Below, piece by piece: positions 41,828 through 51,516 of a stretch of 64,000 nt of DNA (the stretch's first letter is position 1; each line of letters starts with the position of its first letter). The notes beneath the pieces were generated by a model, which made no database searches, was not told where the DNA came from, and worked only from the letters and a program-made list of their open reading frames with translations. Origin of the DNA: a bacterium. GTDB lineage: Bacteria > Krumholzibacteriota > Krumholzibacteriia > LZORAL124-64-63. The position numbers were made by a program, and so were the translations under genes. The stretch covers positions 94,132-158,131 of the forward strand of contig JANOEP010000066.1 in NCBI GenBank assembly GCA_031441465.1. Reading direction: 5' to 3'.

Positions 41828-42997
41828 TCATTCGGCGACGATGCGCACGACGCGCCCGCCGGCGACGTCCAGCACGTACAGCTCGCCCGCGTCGTCTCGG
41901 CAGATGCCGGCGATGCCCTGGTAGCCGCCGGGCGGCTGCAATTCCCCCGTCAGTTCCTCGACCGCGGGCGCGCCGCCGCCGGCCCCGGGCGTCAGCGCCC
42001 AGATCTGGTTGCTGCAGTAGTCGGCGAACAGGTAGCGCCCGACGAGGGACGGCACCGCCGAGCCGCGGTAAACGCAGCCGCCGGAGATCGAGCAGCGGAA
42101 CGGTTCGCCGCCGTGCGTGTACTCGTGGACCGGCAGCACGAGCGTGTCCGGTTCGCAGCCGGTCGGCGGATCGAAGCAGGTTGTGCCCTCCATCAGACGC
42201 CATCCGTAGTTGCGGCCGCCCGCCTCGCCGGCGGGCGCGAAGTCGATCTCCTCCCGCTCATCCTGCCCCACGTCGGCGATCCACAGGTCCCCGGTCGCGC
42301 CGTCGAAGGCGAACACCCAGGGATTGCGCAGGCCGAGCGCCCAGATCTCGTCGCGGGGCGGCTTCCCCACGTAGGGGTTGTCGGCGGGGACGGCGTAACC
42401 CGACGGTGGGGAGACATCCAGGCGCAGCAGCTTGCCCAGCAGGGTGCGACCGTCCTGCGCGCGGTTTTCGGGATCGCCGGCGGCGCCGCCGTCGCCCATC
42501 CCCACGTAGAGCATGCCGTCGGGGCCGAAGGCGAGCATCCCTCCGTTGTGGTTGCTGTACGGCTGGTCGACCGTCAACAGCACCTCGGCGCTGCCGGGAT
42601 CGGCGCGGTCCGGGTCGCCGGCCGAGACGCGGTAACGCGCGATGCGGGTGTCGCCGTCGAGGTCCGTGTAGTTGACGTAGAAGCGGCCGTCGTTCGCATA
42701 GTCGGGCGGGAATGCCAGGCCCAGCAGTCCGCGCTCACCGCCGGCCGCGGTCTCGCCGCTCAGGTCCAGGTAGACGCCCCGGTCGCCGCCGTCACGGTCG
42801 TAGACGCGGATCCGGCCGACCTGCTCCACGACGAAGAGGCGGGCGTCGCCCCGAGGCGAGACCAGCCGTACGGGGCGGTCCAAGCCCGAGAGCAGCACTT
42901 CGACGCCGAGCGCGGCGACGGCCGGCGGCGGCTTCGAGGACTCGCAGCCGAACGCGGTGGCGAGGCAGGTCAGGAGCAGGAATCGGAACGTGCGCAT
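41828..42997 (-). CDS. PQQ-dependent sugar dehydrogenase (soluble aldose dehydrogenase / SGL family)
   Basis: Lipoprotein signal (LLTCLATAFGCES). Contains LFVVEQVGRIRV and SNHNGGMLAFGPDGMLYVGMGDGG, beta-propeller motifs of the YliI family. Confidence 0.7.
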   Translation of the reverse strand: MRTFRFLLLTCLATAFGCESSKPPPAVAALGVEVLLSGLDRPVRLVSPRGDARLFVVEQVGRIRVYDRDGGDRGVYLDLSGETAAGGERGLLGLAFPPDYANDGRFYVNYTDLDGDTRIARYRVSAGDPDRADPGSAEVLLTVDQPYSNHNGGMLAFGPDGMLYVGMGDGGAAGDPENRAQDGRTLLGKLLRLDVSPPSGYAVPADNPYVGKPPRDEIWALGLRNPWVFAFDGATGDLWIADVGQDEREEIDFAPAGEAGGRNYGWRLMEGTTCFDPPTGCEPDTLVLPVHEYTHGGEPFRCSISGGCVYRGSAVPSLVGRYLFADYCSNQIWALTPGAGGGAPAVEELTGELQPPGGYQGIAGICRDDAGELYVLDVAGGRVVRIVAE

Positions 42998-43197
42998 GGT
43001 GGTCTCCCGGGACGGGGTCGGCGGTCGTGCCGATTCCCAGGATAAGCCAGGGATGCGGTTACGGCCCCATTCGCCGTCCGGTTGCGGGGCAGCTGCCCGG
43101 GCCGGGGTCGGCCGAACTTGTTCCCCGATGGCAGTTGTGATATCTTGGTTTCAATATCCCCTGATGCTATCACCACCCCTGGAAAGGACCGACAATC

Positions 43198-43902
43198 ATG
43201 GGCCTGACCAGAAACCTGATCGTGATCGCGACCCTGGCGCTGATCGGCGCCTGCAACGACGCCACCCCTCCCGCGGAAACCAACAGCGACCTGCGCGGGC
43301 AGGTCGTCGACGCCCTCGGCCAGCCGGTGGCCGGCGCGGCCGTGATCCTGCAGTACGACACGACGCCACCCATGTCCGGGAAGCAGGACAAGCCCCAGAT
43401 GCAGATCGAATTCGGGCTGCTGGATCCGGGTCACGTCACGGCCTGGATCGCGGACTACTGCGACGGCGACATCCTGCGTCTGCTCGCCGACGGGGATTTC
43501 CCCAGAGGAAACCACTCGATCCTGTGGGACGGACTGGACGACGACAACCGGGTCCTGCCGGACGGCGTCTACCGGTTCCACTTGGTGACGGATGCCGGGG
43601 AAGACATCCAGTCCCTGGCGATCCTGCGCATGGGGTACGGCGACTTCGCGGCGGACACCGCGCTGGCACCGCTGGCGATCGCCGACGCGCAGGGCCGGTT
43701 CACACTGCCACAGGCGTGCCTGCCCTTCGGATTCGAGTACGAGGTGGTCGATGGTCTCGGCAATCCCGTGGTGGTGTTCACCATCAACCGCAGCGTCCGT
43801 GTCTGGGCGTTCAGCGCTTCTGCCGGCGCCAGCGGGTCGAGTCCCGTGGTGACCGTCGATCCCGACACCGGCGCCGACGTCACGGTGACGCTGGATCCGT
43901 AA
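43198..43902 (+). CDS. hypothetical lipoprotein with internal FlgD-Ig-like motif
   Basis: Signal LIVIATLALIGACND. Contains GQVVDALGQPVAGAAVILQY ... HSILWDGLDDDNRVLPDGVYRFHLV. Confidence 0.45.
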   Translation: MGLTRNLIVIATLALIGACNDATPPAETNSDLRGQVVDALGQPVAGAAVILQYDTTPPMSGKQDKPQMQIEFGLLDPGHVTAWIADYCDGDILRLLADGDFPRGNHSILWDGLDDDNRVLPDGVYRFHLVTDAGEDIQSLAILRMGYGDFAADTALAPLAIADAQGRFTLPQACLPFGFEYEVVDGLGNPVVVFTINRSVRVWAFSASAGASGSSPVVTVDPDTGADVTVTLDP

Positions 43903-43978
43903 CCGACTATGCAAGGGATCGGCAAGAGGAAGCGGGCGGGGATGGGCCCCCGCCCGCTTCCTCTTGCCGATCCCGTGC

Positions 43979-44947
43979 CTAGAGGTTGGCGAAGATCCGG
44001 TCGAACGCCTCCCGCATCCCCGCCTGCAGCTTCGCCACGTTCTCCGCCGACCACGACTCCTGCGGGTCGCGGATGAAGGTCGTGCGGTCGACGCGGTTGT
44101 CGAAGCGGCCCAGGGGCAGGTGGTAGGTGCGGCCGTGCGCCCGCACCGTCACGGTGTCGGATTTCTCGGTGTGGTCCAGCAGCCACGCCATGTCGTCGCA
44201 TCCGTAATCGCCGAGCATGACCTCGATGGGCACGCCGTGGTGCAGGATCGAGCCGGGGTCGTTGGGGTCGGTGCGGGCGTCGTTCTTGCGGCGGGACTCC
44301 TCGGGCGTGACCCAGATGTAGAGGATGCTGGCGCGCTCGAGCATCGCCGGCGAGAGCATGCGCAGCGAGTACTGGTAGCCCCAGGGATCCTGCAGGGGCA
44401 GGGCCGAGCCTTGCCCGCCGCCGCGGGCGAACTCCACCACGACGGTCTTGTCGTCCAGCGTGTCGGGCACCTCGCGCACCTTGTCGTCGAGCAGCTTCTT
44501 CGCCTCGGGCTGCAGGGCGGCGACCAGCTGCGCGCGTTCCGCCGCGGGCAGGTCCTTCCAGATGGTCGCGGCGCCGACCTTGGCGCGGCAGGTGTCGAAG
44601 CGCTCCAGGAGCCAGGTCGTCGGGCAGGCGGGGGCGGGCCGGCGGTGCGCGACCAGGTCGGCGTAGTCCTCGTTGAGCAGTTCGATGAGCGTGCCCCAGT
44701 CCAGGGGGTTCTTCATGGGCAGGTTGTCGGCGTCGAAGAACGCCGGGTCGCAGCCCAGGGCGCGCAGTTCCTGGCTGACGCGGCGCATCATGTGGACGTA
44801 GGGGTAGTCGTCGAGCTGGACGGTCTGGCCGAGGCCGAACTGCCGCTCGCACTCGGCGGCGTTCAGGCTGGCCAGGTAGCGCCGCGCCTCGGACTTGCCG
44901 GAGGCGGGCAGGGCGCAGAGCAGCAGGACGTCGATGTGCTTGGCCAT
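43979..44947 (-). CDS. hypothetical protein with degenerate P-loop (kinase-like)
   Basis: N-terminus is VLLLCALPASGKSE, a Walker-A-like motif with Gly replaced by Ala. The rest is unrecognised. Confidence 0.35.
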   Translation of the reverse strand: MAKHIDVLLLCALPASGKSEARRYLASLNAAECERQFGLGQTVQLDDYPYVHMMRRVSQELRALGCDPAFFDADNLPMKNPLDWGTLIELLNEDYADLVAHRRPAPACPTTWLLERFDTCRAKVGAATIWKDLPAAERAQLVAALQPEAKKLLDDKVREVPDTLDDKTVVVEFARGGGQGSALPLQDPWGYQYSLRMLSPAMLERASILYIWVTPEESRRKNDARTDPNDPGSILHHGVPIEVMLGDYGCDDMAWLLDHTEKSDTVTVRAHGRTYHLPLGRFDNRVDRTTFIRDPQESWSAENVAKLQAGMREAFDRIFANL

Positions 44948-45017
44948 GGTCGTGCTCCTGTCGGGCGGTCCGGTGAAGGTGTGCCGACCGGGAACATGGC
45001 GAGGGCCGCGGGCGCGG

Positions 45018-48000
45018 TCAAGCCCCGGATCCGGACTCCGGCGCCGGAGACGGGGCGCAAGGCGCGCGCCGCAGCAGGCGTTCGCGCAGCGCGGACAGCC
45101 GCCAGCCGCAGCGGCACAGCACCCAGTAGAGCGGGGGCATCACCGCGACGATCAGCACCGTGCTGGAGGCCAGGCCGCCGATGCTCGACAGCGCCAGGTT
45201 CTCCCAGATGTCCTTGCCCTGGGTGTCGTCCATCCGGACCAGCAGCGGCAGCAGGCCGGCGATCGTCGAGCCGGTGGTCAGCAGGATCGAGCGCAGCTGG
45301 ATGCCGGTGCCCGCGACGATCGCCCCGCGCAGCAGCTCCAGGCGCGCCCCCGCCGGCAGCCGCCACAGGTCGCCGCCGCCCAGCCGCGGCACGTCGGGCA
45401 CCAGGCCGGACCAGGGGTGGCCGCGATCGAGGCGATCGGCGGCGAGGCGCTCGCGCAGCTGCAGCCGGAAGCGGTTGATCAGCAGGATGGCGTTGTTGAC
45501 CACGATGCCGAACAGCAGCACCAGGCCGATGCGGGCCGAGGAGTCGAACTGCGAGTCGGTGAGCCAGAAGACGGCCATCACGCCGCACAGCGCCATCGGC
45601 AGCGACAGCATGATCAGCAGGGGCAGCGCGATGCTCTCGAACAGCGCGGCCATGGTGATGAAGACGAACGCCGCCGTCAGCCACAGCATCGTGTTCATCT
45701 CCTGTTCCTCTTCCTCGGTGAGCTGTTCGCCCGAGACGTCCTCGGCGGTGTAGCCGTAGGGGAGGTCGACGCCGGCGATGATCTCCTGCAGGTAGTGCTG
45801 GCGCATCCGGTCGGTGCCCACGTACTCCCAGTTGATCTGGACGGCGTACTGCTGATCCTGGCGGTTGATGGCGGTCACCACCGGCCGCTGCTGCAGGGCC
45901 ACGAGTTCGTCGAGGCGCACCCGCTGGCCGGTGAGCGTGGTCATGGTGTGGCCGACGATCTGGTCGTACTGGAGGTCCTCGGCGTCGGCGAAGGCCAGCT
46001 GCAGGCGCTGGTCGCGGCCCTCGAGGATCATGTGCCAGGGGAACTCGATGCCCAACAACCGGCGCAGGTAGCCCACGACCTCCTGCACGGTGAGGTGGTG
46101 TTCGGCGAGGGCGGCGCGATCGATGACGATCAGCGTCTCGTCGGTGTCGGCGCGGTCGAAGCGGTCGCCGCCGGTCAGCCGCACGTTGCGCACGCGGCGG
46201 CTGCGTTCCAGGCGCGCCATGACCCCGGCCGACAGGCCCTCGAGTTCGCGGCTGTTGTAACCGGTGAGCCGCAGCAGCGAGTTGCTCATGCCGCCCCCGC
46301 CGCCGCCCTTCAGGTAGGGGTCGCCGAACCCGTTGATCCAGATGAACATGCCGCCGAGTTCCTCGGCGAGCAGGATCAGGCGGTTGCGGTACAGCTCCGG
46401 GTACTCCGTGCGCAGCATCGATTCCTCGAACTCGACGCGCATGTAGGCGCGGTTGTCCCAGGAGGTCGTCTTGACGGTCACGCCGGCGGGCACCGGGTCC
46501 AGTTCGATCTCGAACTGCTTCATCGTCTCGCTGGCGAGGATGACGTCGGTGCCGACGGGGCGCTCGAGGTAGAGCACCAGGGTCTCCGCGTCCTGCTGCT
46601 GCCAGAAGCCGCCGTGGGCGACCTCGTGGCGGTAAAGGTGGATGCCGCCGTAGACGGCGCCCGCCAGCAGCAGCAGGGGGATCCACCACCGTCGCAGGTG
46701 GAAGGCCGTGATCCGCTGCACGTAGGCGGCGAAGGCGCCCACCAACGACATCAGGCCCAGGGCGCCGCCGAACCAGGGCAGCATCCGCACGACGGCCGCG
46801 CGGTCGCGGACGACGGCGAAGGCGACCAGCGCGACCAGGGAGAGCCCGGCCGCGGTCAGCGTCCAGCGCCACAGCAGCGCCCAGCCCTCGCGCTCGGGCG
46901 CGGGCGCGCGCGACTGCAGCATTTCGCGCTCGACCAGCGGGCGCAGGGCGACGGGGATCCAGGCGAAGGCCACGAAGATCGAGGCCGTCATCGCGATGCC
47001 CACGCTCACCGCCAGGGGCTTGTAATAGACGGCCAGCCGGTCGGAGAGGTACATGAAGGACAGGAAAGCGACGACCGTGGTCAGGGTCGTCGCCATGATC
47101 GGGAAGGCCACCTCGCGGGTGCCGTCGACCAGGACCCCGCGGACGTCGCCGCGCCGCCCGAGCGCGTGGCTCCCGAGAATGCGGCGATGGATGGCGTCGA
47201 GCACCAGGATGCTGTTGTCCATCAGCATGCCGAAGCAGACGGTCAGACCGCTGATGGTGATGAAGTTCACCGAGATCCCGAAGAAGTAGAACAGCGACAG
47301 GCAGATCACGATCGCCATCAGGATCGAACCGGTGACGACGGCCGTGAAGCGCACGCGGCGCAGGGCGGCCGCCAGCAGCAGGAACAGCAGCGCCAGGATG
47401 GCCAGCGAGCGGTTGACCAGCTCCTGCACCTTGCCGCGCAGTTCCTCGCCGTTGTCGGTGTCGATCTCGAAGTCGACCGGGAAGGGCATGTCGGCGCGGA
47501 TGCGTGGCAGGGCCGCGCGCACGTCGCGGCTGACGGCGATGGCGTTGGTGCCGCTGCGCTTGGCGACCGAGGCCTGGATCACGTTGCGCCCGTTGATGCG
47601 CACGAAGTGGGTGGGGTCGTCGAACGACGGCGCCAGCTCGGCGAGCCGCCACAAGGCGATCGGCTGCCCGCCGCGGGTGGCCACCACGGTGTCCAGGATC
47701 ATGCGCGCGGTCACCGAGTCCTGCACGCTGACGGCGATCTCGCGGCCGCGGCGCCGCACGCCGCCCGCGGGCAGGATGTCGTCCAGCACGTCGATCGCGG
47801 CGTACACCTCGTCGGCGTGGACGGCGTAGCGTTCCATGAGGTCGAAGTCCAGCAGCACCTTGACCAGCGGCAGCGCCCCGCCCTGCAGTTCGACGTCGGC
47901 GACGCCCGGCACCGCCAGCAGTCGGGGCAGCAGCCAGGTCTCGGCCTTGTCGCGCAGTTCGTTCGCGCTCAGGCTCGAGATCAGGCTGACGGTCATGAAG

Positions 48001-48413
48001 TCCTCGGTGCGGAACTCCTCGGGGACCTCGGGTACGACCCGCGGTTGGGCGGCGGTGGCGGGCAAGCCGGCGCGCACGGCGCCCAGCTGCTCGGCGAGTT
48101 CGAGCTGCGCGAACTCCAGGTCGACGTCGCGGCGCAGTTCGACGGTGACCTGGCTCCAGCCGGGGCGGGAGCTGGAGGTGACGCTCTCGACGCCGTAGAC
48201 CTTGCGCGCGGCCTCCTCGATCGGCAGGGTGAGCGAGCGCAGGACCGCCGACGGCGAGGCGCCGATCCAGGTGGTGGTCACCGAGAGGGTGGGCAGCTCG
48301 GCGTCGGGCATCGCCTCGATCTCGAGGCGCGGCAGGGCGTACAGGCCCATGAACACCAGCGCCGCGAACAGCATCCAGGTGGCGACGGGATGGTCGACGA
48401 AGCGCCGGATCAC
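45018..48413 (-). CDS. efflux RND transporter permease subunit (second permease of operon)
   Basis: 1131 aa. GTG start at 48413. Twelve-TM AcrB/MdtC-like architecture (MLFAALVFMGLYALPRLEIEAMPD...). Confidence 0.85.
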   Translation of the reverse strand: MIRRFVDHPVATWMLFAALVFMGLYALPRLEIEAMPDAELPTLSVTTTWIGASPSAVLRSLTLPIEEAARKVYGVESVTSSSRPGWSQVTVELRRDVDLEFAQLELAEQLGAVRAGLPATAAQPRVVPEVPEEFRTEDFMTVSLISSLSANELRDKAETWLLPRLLAVPGVADVELQGGALPLVKVLLDFDLMERYAVHADEVYAAIDVLDDILPAGGVRRRGREIAVSVQDSVTARMILDTVVATRGGQPIALWRLAELAPSFDDPTHFVRINGRNVIQASVAKRSGTNAIAVSRDVRAALPRIRADMPFPVDFEIDTDNGEELRGKVQELVNRSLAILALLFLLLAAALRRVRFTAVVTGSILMAIVICLSLFYFFGISVNFITISGLTVCFGMLMDNSILVLDAIHRRILGSHALGRRGDVRGVLVDGTREVAFPIMATTLTTVVAFLSFMYLSDRLAVYYKPLAVSVGIAMTASIFVAFAWIPVALRPLVEREMLQSRAPAPEREGWALLWRWTLTAAGLSLVALVAFAVVRDRAAVVRMLPWFGGALGLMSLVGAFAAYVQRITAFHLRRWWIPLLLLAGAVYGGIHLYRHEVAHGGFWQQQDAETLVLYLERPVGTDVILASETMKQFEIELDPVPAGVTVKTTSWDNRAYMRVEFEESMLRTEYPELYRNRLILLAEELGGMFIWINGFGDPYLKGGGGGGMSNSLLRLTGYNSRELEGLSAGVMARLERSRRVRNVRLTGGDRFDRADTDETLIVIDRAALAEHHLTVQEVVGYLRRLLGIEFPWHMILEGRDQRLQLAFADAEDLQYDQIVGHTMTTLTGQRVRLDELVALQQRPVVTAINRQDQQYAVQINWEYVGTDRMRQHYLQEIIAGVDLPYGYTAEDVSGEQLTEEEEQEMNTMLWLTAAFVFITMAALFESIALPLLIMLSLPMALCGVMAVFWLTDSQFDSSARIGLVLLFGIVVNNAILLINRFRLQLRERLAADRLDRGHPWSGLVPDVPRLGGGDLWRLPAGARLELLRGAIVAGTGIQLRSILLTTGSTIAGLLPLLVRMDDTQGKDIWENLALSSIGGLASSTVLIVAVMPPLYWVLCRCGWRLSALRERLLRRAPCAPSPAPESGSGA

Positions 48414-48414
48414 G

Positions 48415-51400
48415 TCACGCCCCGGCCTTTCCCTCGTAGTCGCGGTCCAGGCGCCGGTGCACGATCTCGTACAAGGACGGCGTCAGGAACAGCATCACCA
48501 CCGTGGAGATCGTCAGGCCGCCCAGGATGGTGATGGCCAGCGGGCGCTGCACCTGGGCGCCGGTGCCCAGGCCGATGGCCATCGGGATCAGGCCCAGCAC
48601 CGTGGTGAGGTTCGTCATCATGATGGGACGGAAGCGCAGGCGGCCGGCCTCGAGCACGGCGGCGCGCCCCGACATCCCCTCTTGGCGCAGCTGGCGGATG
48701 GCCGAAACCTTGATGATGGCGTCGTTGACGTCGATGCCGAGCAGGGCCACCAGTCCGATCAGCGAGATGATGTTGACGGTCTGTCCGGAGATCGCGCAGG
48801 CCAGGCCGGCGCCCAGCACGCCGACCGGCAGCACCGTGGTGATGATCAGGGGATCGACGAAGGACTCGAACTGCGCGGCTAGGATCATGTAGACCAGCAG
48901 GGCCGACAGCAGCAGGGCCCAGCCCAGGTCGCGGAACGAGCGGGTGATCTCCTCTTGCTCGCCGCCCTGGACGAAGCCGACGCCGGCCGGGACGTCCAGG
49001 CCGGCGATCTCACGCTCGACGTCCCGCCACACCCGGCTCAGGCCGCGGCCGTTCACGTCCCCGCTGAGGGTGATCTGACGGCGCTGGTCGCGGCGGACCA
49101 CCTCGCGCACGGGGCGGCCCTCGGAGAGGTCGGTGAAGTTGCCCAGGGGCACGCTCAGACCCTCGCCGACCTGGACCGGAGAGGCCAGCACGCCTTCGAG
49201 GTCGCGGCGGTGCTCCAGCGGCAGGCGCACGGCGATGTCGATGCGCTGCTCGACCTCGTTGAAGGTCGTGGCCACCACGCCCTGCACGCGGGCCTGCAGT
49301 TCGCGCGCCAGCGTGTCGGGGTCCAGCCCGTGCCGCAGGGCGTCCTCGCGGTCGATGCTGACCTCCACGCTGGGGTTGCCCAGCACGCGGTCCATCTCCA
49401 GGTCGACCAGGCCGGGCACTTGCGGCAGGCGGAGCATCAGTTCGTCGGCCACCGACACGGCGTCCTCGGCGTGCTCGGCGACCACGCCGAGATTGAAGGG
49501 CGCCTCGCCGCTGGCGAGGATCTCCTGCAGGCCGATGCCCTCGTCGTGGTAGGTGGCGACAGTGCCCGAGAGCTGGTCGAGTCGCGGCCGCAGGCGCTCC
49601 TTGACGCGCGCCATGCGCGCGGCGCCGTCGCGGGCCGGGTGCAGCAGCACGCGCAGGCGCACGGTGTTGGCGGCCGTGTAGTCCTTGAGCGCGGCCAGCG
49701 TGCGCTCCGTCTGGCCGACCTGGGAGAAGACCGTCGCCACCTCGGGCATGGCGGCCAGTTCCTCGGCCAGGGCGGCGGCGGTCGCGCCGGTGGCTTCCAG
49801 CGGGGTGCCGCTGGGCAGTTCGAGGACGAGCGTGAAGTCGCCCGTGTTGCGTTCCGGCAGGAACGAGCGCGGCAGGCCCAGGCCCACGACCACGGCGGCG
49901 GCCATCGCCAGCCCCAGCCAGGCGTAGAACGGGCCCTTGTGGTCCATGACCTTCACCAGGCCGGCGTGGTAGACCCGGTAGGTCCGTTCGAACAGGTCGT
50001 CGCCGAGGCGGAAGATCCCCCGCGGCCGCTCGCGGCCGGGCTTGAGCATCCGCGCCGAGAGGGTCGGCTGCAGCAGCAGGGCCGTGGCCACCGAGATCAG
50101 CAGCGCGATCGTCACGGTGATGGCCTGGTCGCGGAAGAACTCGCCGGCGATGCCCGGCACGTAGATGACGGGGAAGAAGACGGCCACGGTCGTCAGCGTC
50201 GAGGCCAGCACCGGCATGGCGACCTCGCGCGTCGCCGAGGCGCAGGTCGCGGCCACCGACGCGCCGCCGGGCGCGTCCTCGGCCAGGTGGCGCTTGATGT
50301 TGTCCAGCACGACGATCGAGTTGTCGACAAGCATGCCGGCCGCCAGCGAGAGGCCGCCGAGGGACATCAGGTTGATGTTCACCTTGAAGGCGTGCATGAA
50401 GGCGAACGCGGTGATGATGCTGACGGGCATCGACAGGCAGACCACGACAGGGCTGCGCCACTCGCGCAGGAAGAAGAACAGCACCAGGAAGGCCAGCGCG
50501 GCGCCCGAGAGCAGCGAGCCCGTCAGCCCGCGGAAGCTCTCCTGCACGAAATCGGCGTCGCGGTAGACGAAGCGCGACTTGAAGTCGGGATACTGGCCGC
50601 GCAGCACCTCCAGGATGCGGTCGACTTCGGCGGTGGCGCGGATCGTGTTGGCGCCCACTTCCTTGTAGACGAGGATCGCGACCGCTTCCTGCCCGGCGAT
50701 CAAGGTCAGACCCTCGGGCTCCTTGACCGTGTCGAGCACCTCGGCGACGTCGCCGATCGTGATCAGGCCGGCGTGGCTCGTCGGGATCTCGGTGCGGCGG
50801 ATGTCGTCGAGGGATTCGAACTCGCCCAGGATGCGCAGCGGCAGGTGCAGCGGGCCCTGGCGCACGCGGCCGCCGGGGAAGCTGACGTTGCTCTGGGCCA
50901 GGGCCTGCCTCAGTTCGGCCATCGTGAGGCCGTAGAGGCGCAGCTTGTCGGGATCCGGGCGCACGAGGATCTCGCGCTCGCGGCCGCCGATCACCTCGGC
51001 CTGGCTGATGCCGTCGACCTGCTCCAGCGCGGGCTTGACCACCTCCTCGCAGAACTGGGTCATCTCGGCCATGTCGTCGTCGCCCTCGAGCACCATGATG
51101 GCGACGGGGCGCGCGCCCGGGTCCCAGCGCAGGATCAGCGGGCGCTCGGCGCCGTCGGGGAAGTCCTCGCGGTTGGACACCTGGTCCACGGCTTCGCGCA
51201 GGTGCAGGTTGGCGAAGTCCATCGCCGTGCCCCACTCGTACTGCACCGTCACCGTGCTGGCGCCCTCGCGGGTGCGCGAGACCACCTGGCGCACGCCGGC
51301 CAGGCCGGTGATGCGCTCCTCGAGCGGCTGGGTGACCAGGCGGGCGAGGTCGTCGGCCGGCACTTCGGGGTACTCGGTGATGACCGTCAGGTTGGGGTAG

Positions 51401-51516
51401 TTGATGCTCGGCAGCAGGTCCACCGGCAAGCGGCGATAGGACTGCACGCCCACCAGCAGCAGTCCCGCGAACACCATCAGGACCGCGACCGGTCGCGCGA
51501 CGGCGGCGCGGATCAT
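48415..51516 (-). CDS. efflux RND transporter permease subunit (first permease)
   Basis: Start chosen at MIRAAVARPVAVLMVF (51516), giving an ATGA overlap with the MFP stop. AcrB family. Confidence 0.85.
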   Translation of the reverse strand: MIRAAVARPVAVLMVFAGLLLVGVQSYRRLPVDLLPSINYPNLTVITEYPEVPADDLARLVTQPLEERITGLAGVRQVVSRTREGASTVTVQYEWGTAMDFANLHLREAVDQVSNREDFPDGAERPLILRWDPGARPVAIMVLEGDDDMAEMTQFCEEVVKPALEQVDGISQAEVIGGREREILVRPDPDKLRLYGLTMAELRQALAQSNVSFPGGRVRQGPLHLPLRILGEFESLDDIRRTEIPTSHAGLITIGDVAEVLDTVKEPEGLTLIAGQEAVAILVYKEVGANTIRATAEVDRILEVLRGQYPDFKSRFVYRDADFVQESFRGLTGSLLSGAALAFLVLFFFLREWRSPVVVCLSMPVSIITAFAFMHAFKVNINLMSLGGLSLAAGMLVDNSIVVLDNIKRHLAEDAPGGASVAATCASATREVAMPVLASTLTTVAVFFPVIYVPGIAGEFFRDQAITVTIALLISVATALLLQPTLSARMLKPGRERPRGIFRLGDDLFERTYRVYHAGLVKVMDHKGPFYAWLGLAMAAAVVVGLGLPRSFLPERNTGDFTLVLELPSGTPLEATGATAAALAEELAAMPEVATVFSQVGQTERTLAALKDYTAANTVRLRVLLHPARDGAARMARVKERLRPRLDQLSGTVATYHDEGIGLQEILASGEAPFNLGVVAEHAEDAVSVADELMLRLPQVPGLVDLEMDRVLGNPSVEVSIDREDALRHGLDPDTLARELQARVQGVVATTFNEVEQRIDIAVRLPLEHRRDLEGVLASPVQVGEGLSVPLGNFTDLSEGRPVREVVRRDQRRQITLSGDVNGRGLSRVWRDVEREIAGLDVPAGVGFVQGGEQEEITRSFRDLGWALLLSALLVYMILAAQFESFVDPLIITTVLPVGVLGAGLACAISGQTVNIISLIGLVALLGIDVNDAIIKVSAIRQLRQEGMSGRAAVLEAGRLRFRPIMMTNLTTVLGLIPMAIGLGTGAQVQRPLAITILGGLTISTVVMLFLTPSLYEIVHRRLDRDYEGKAGA

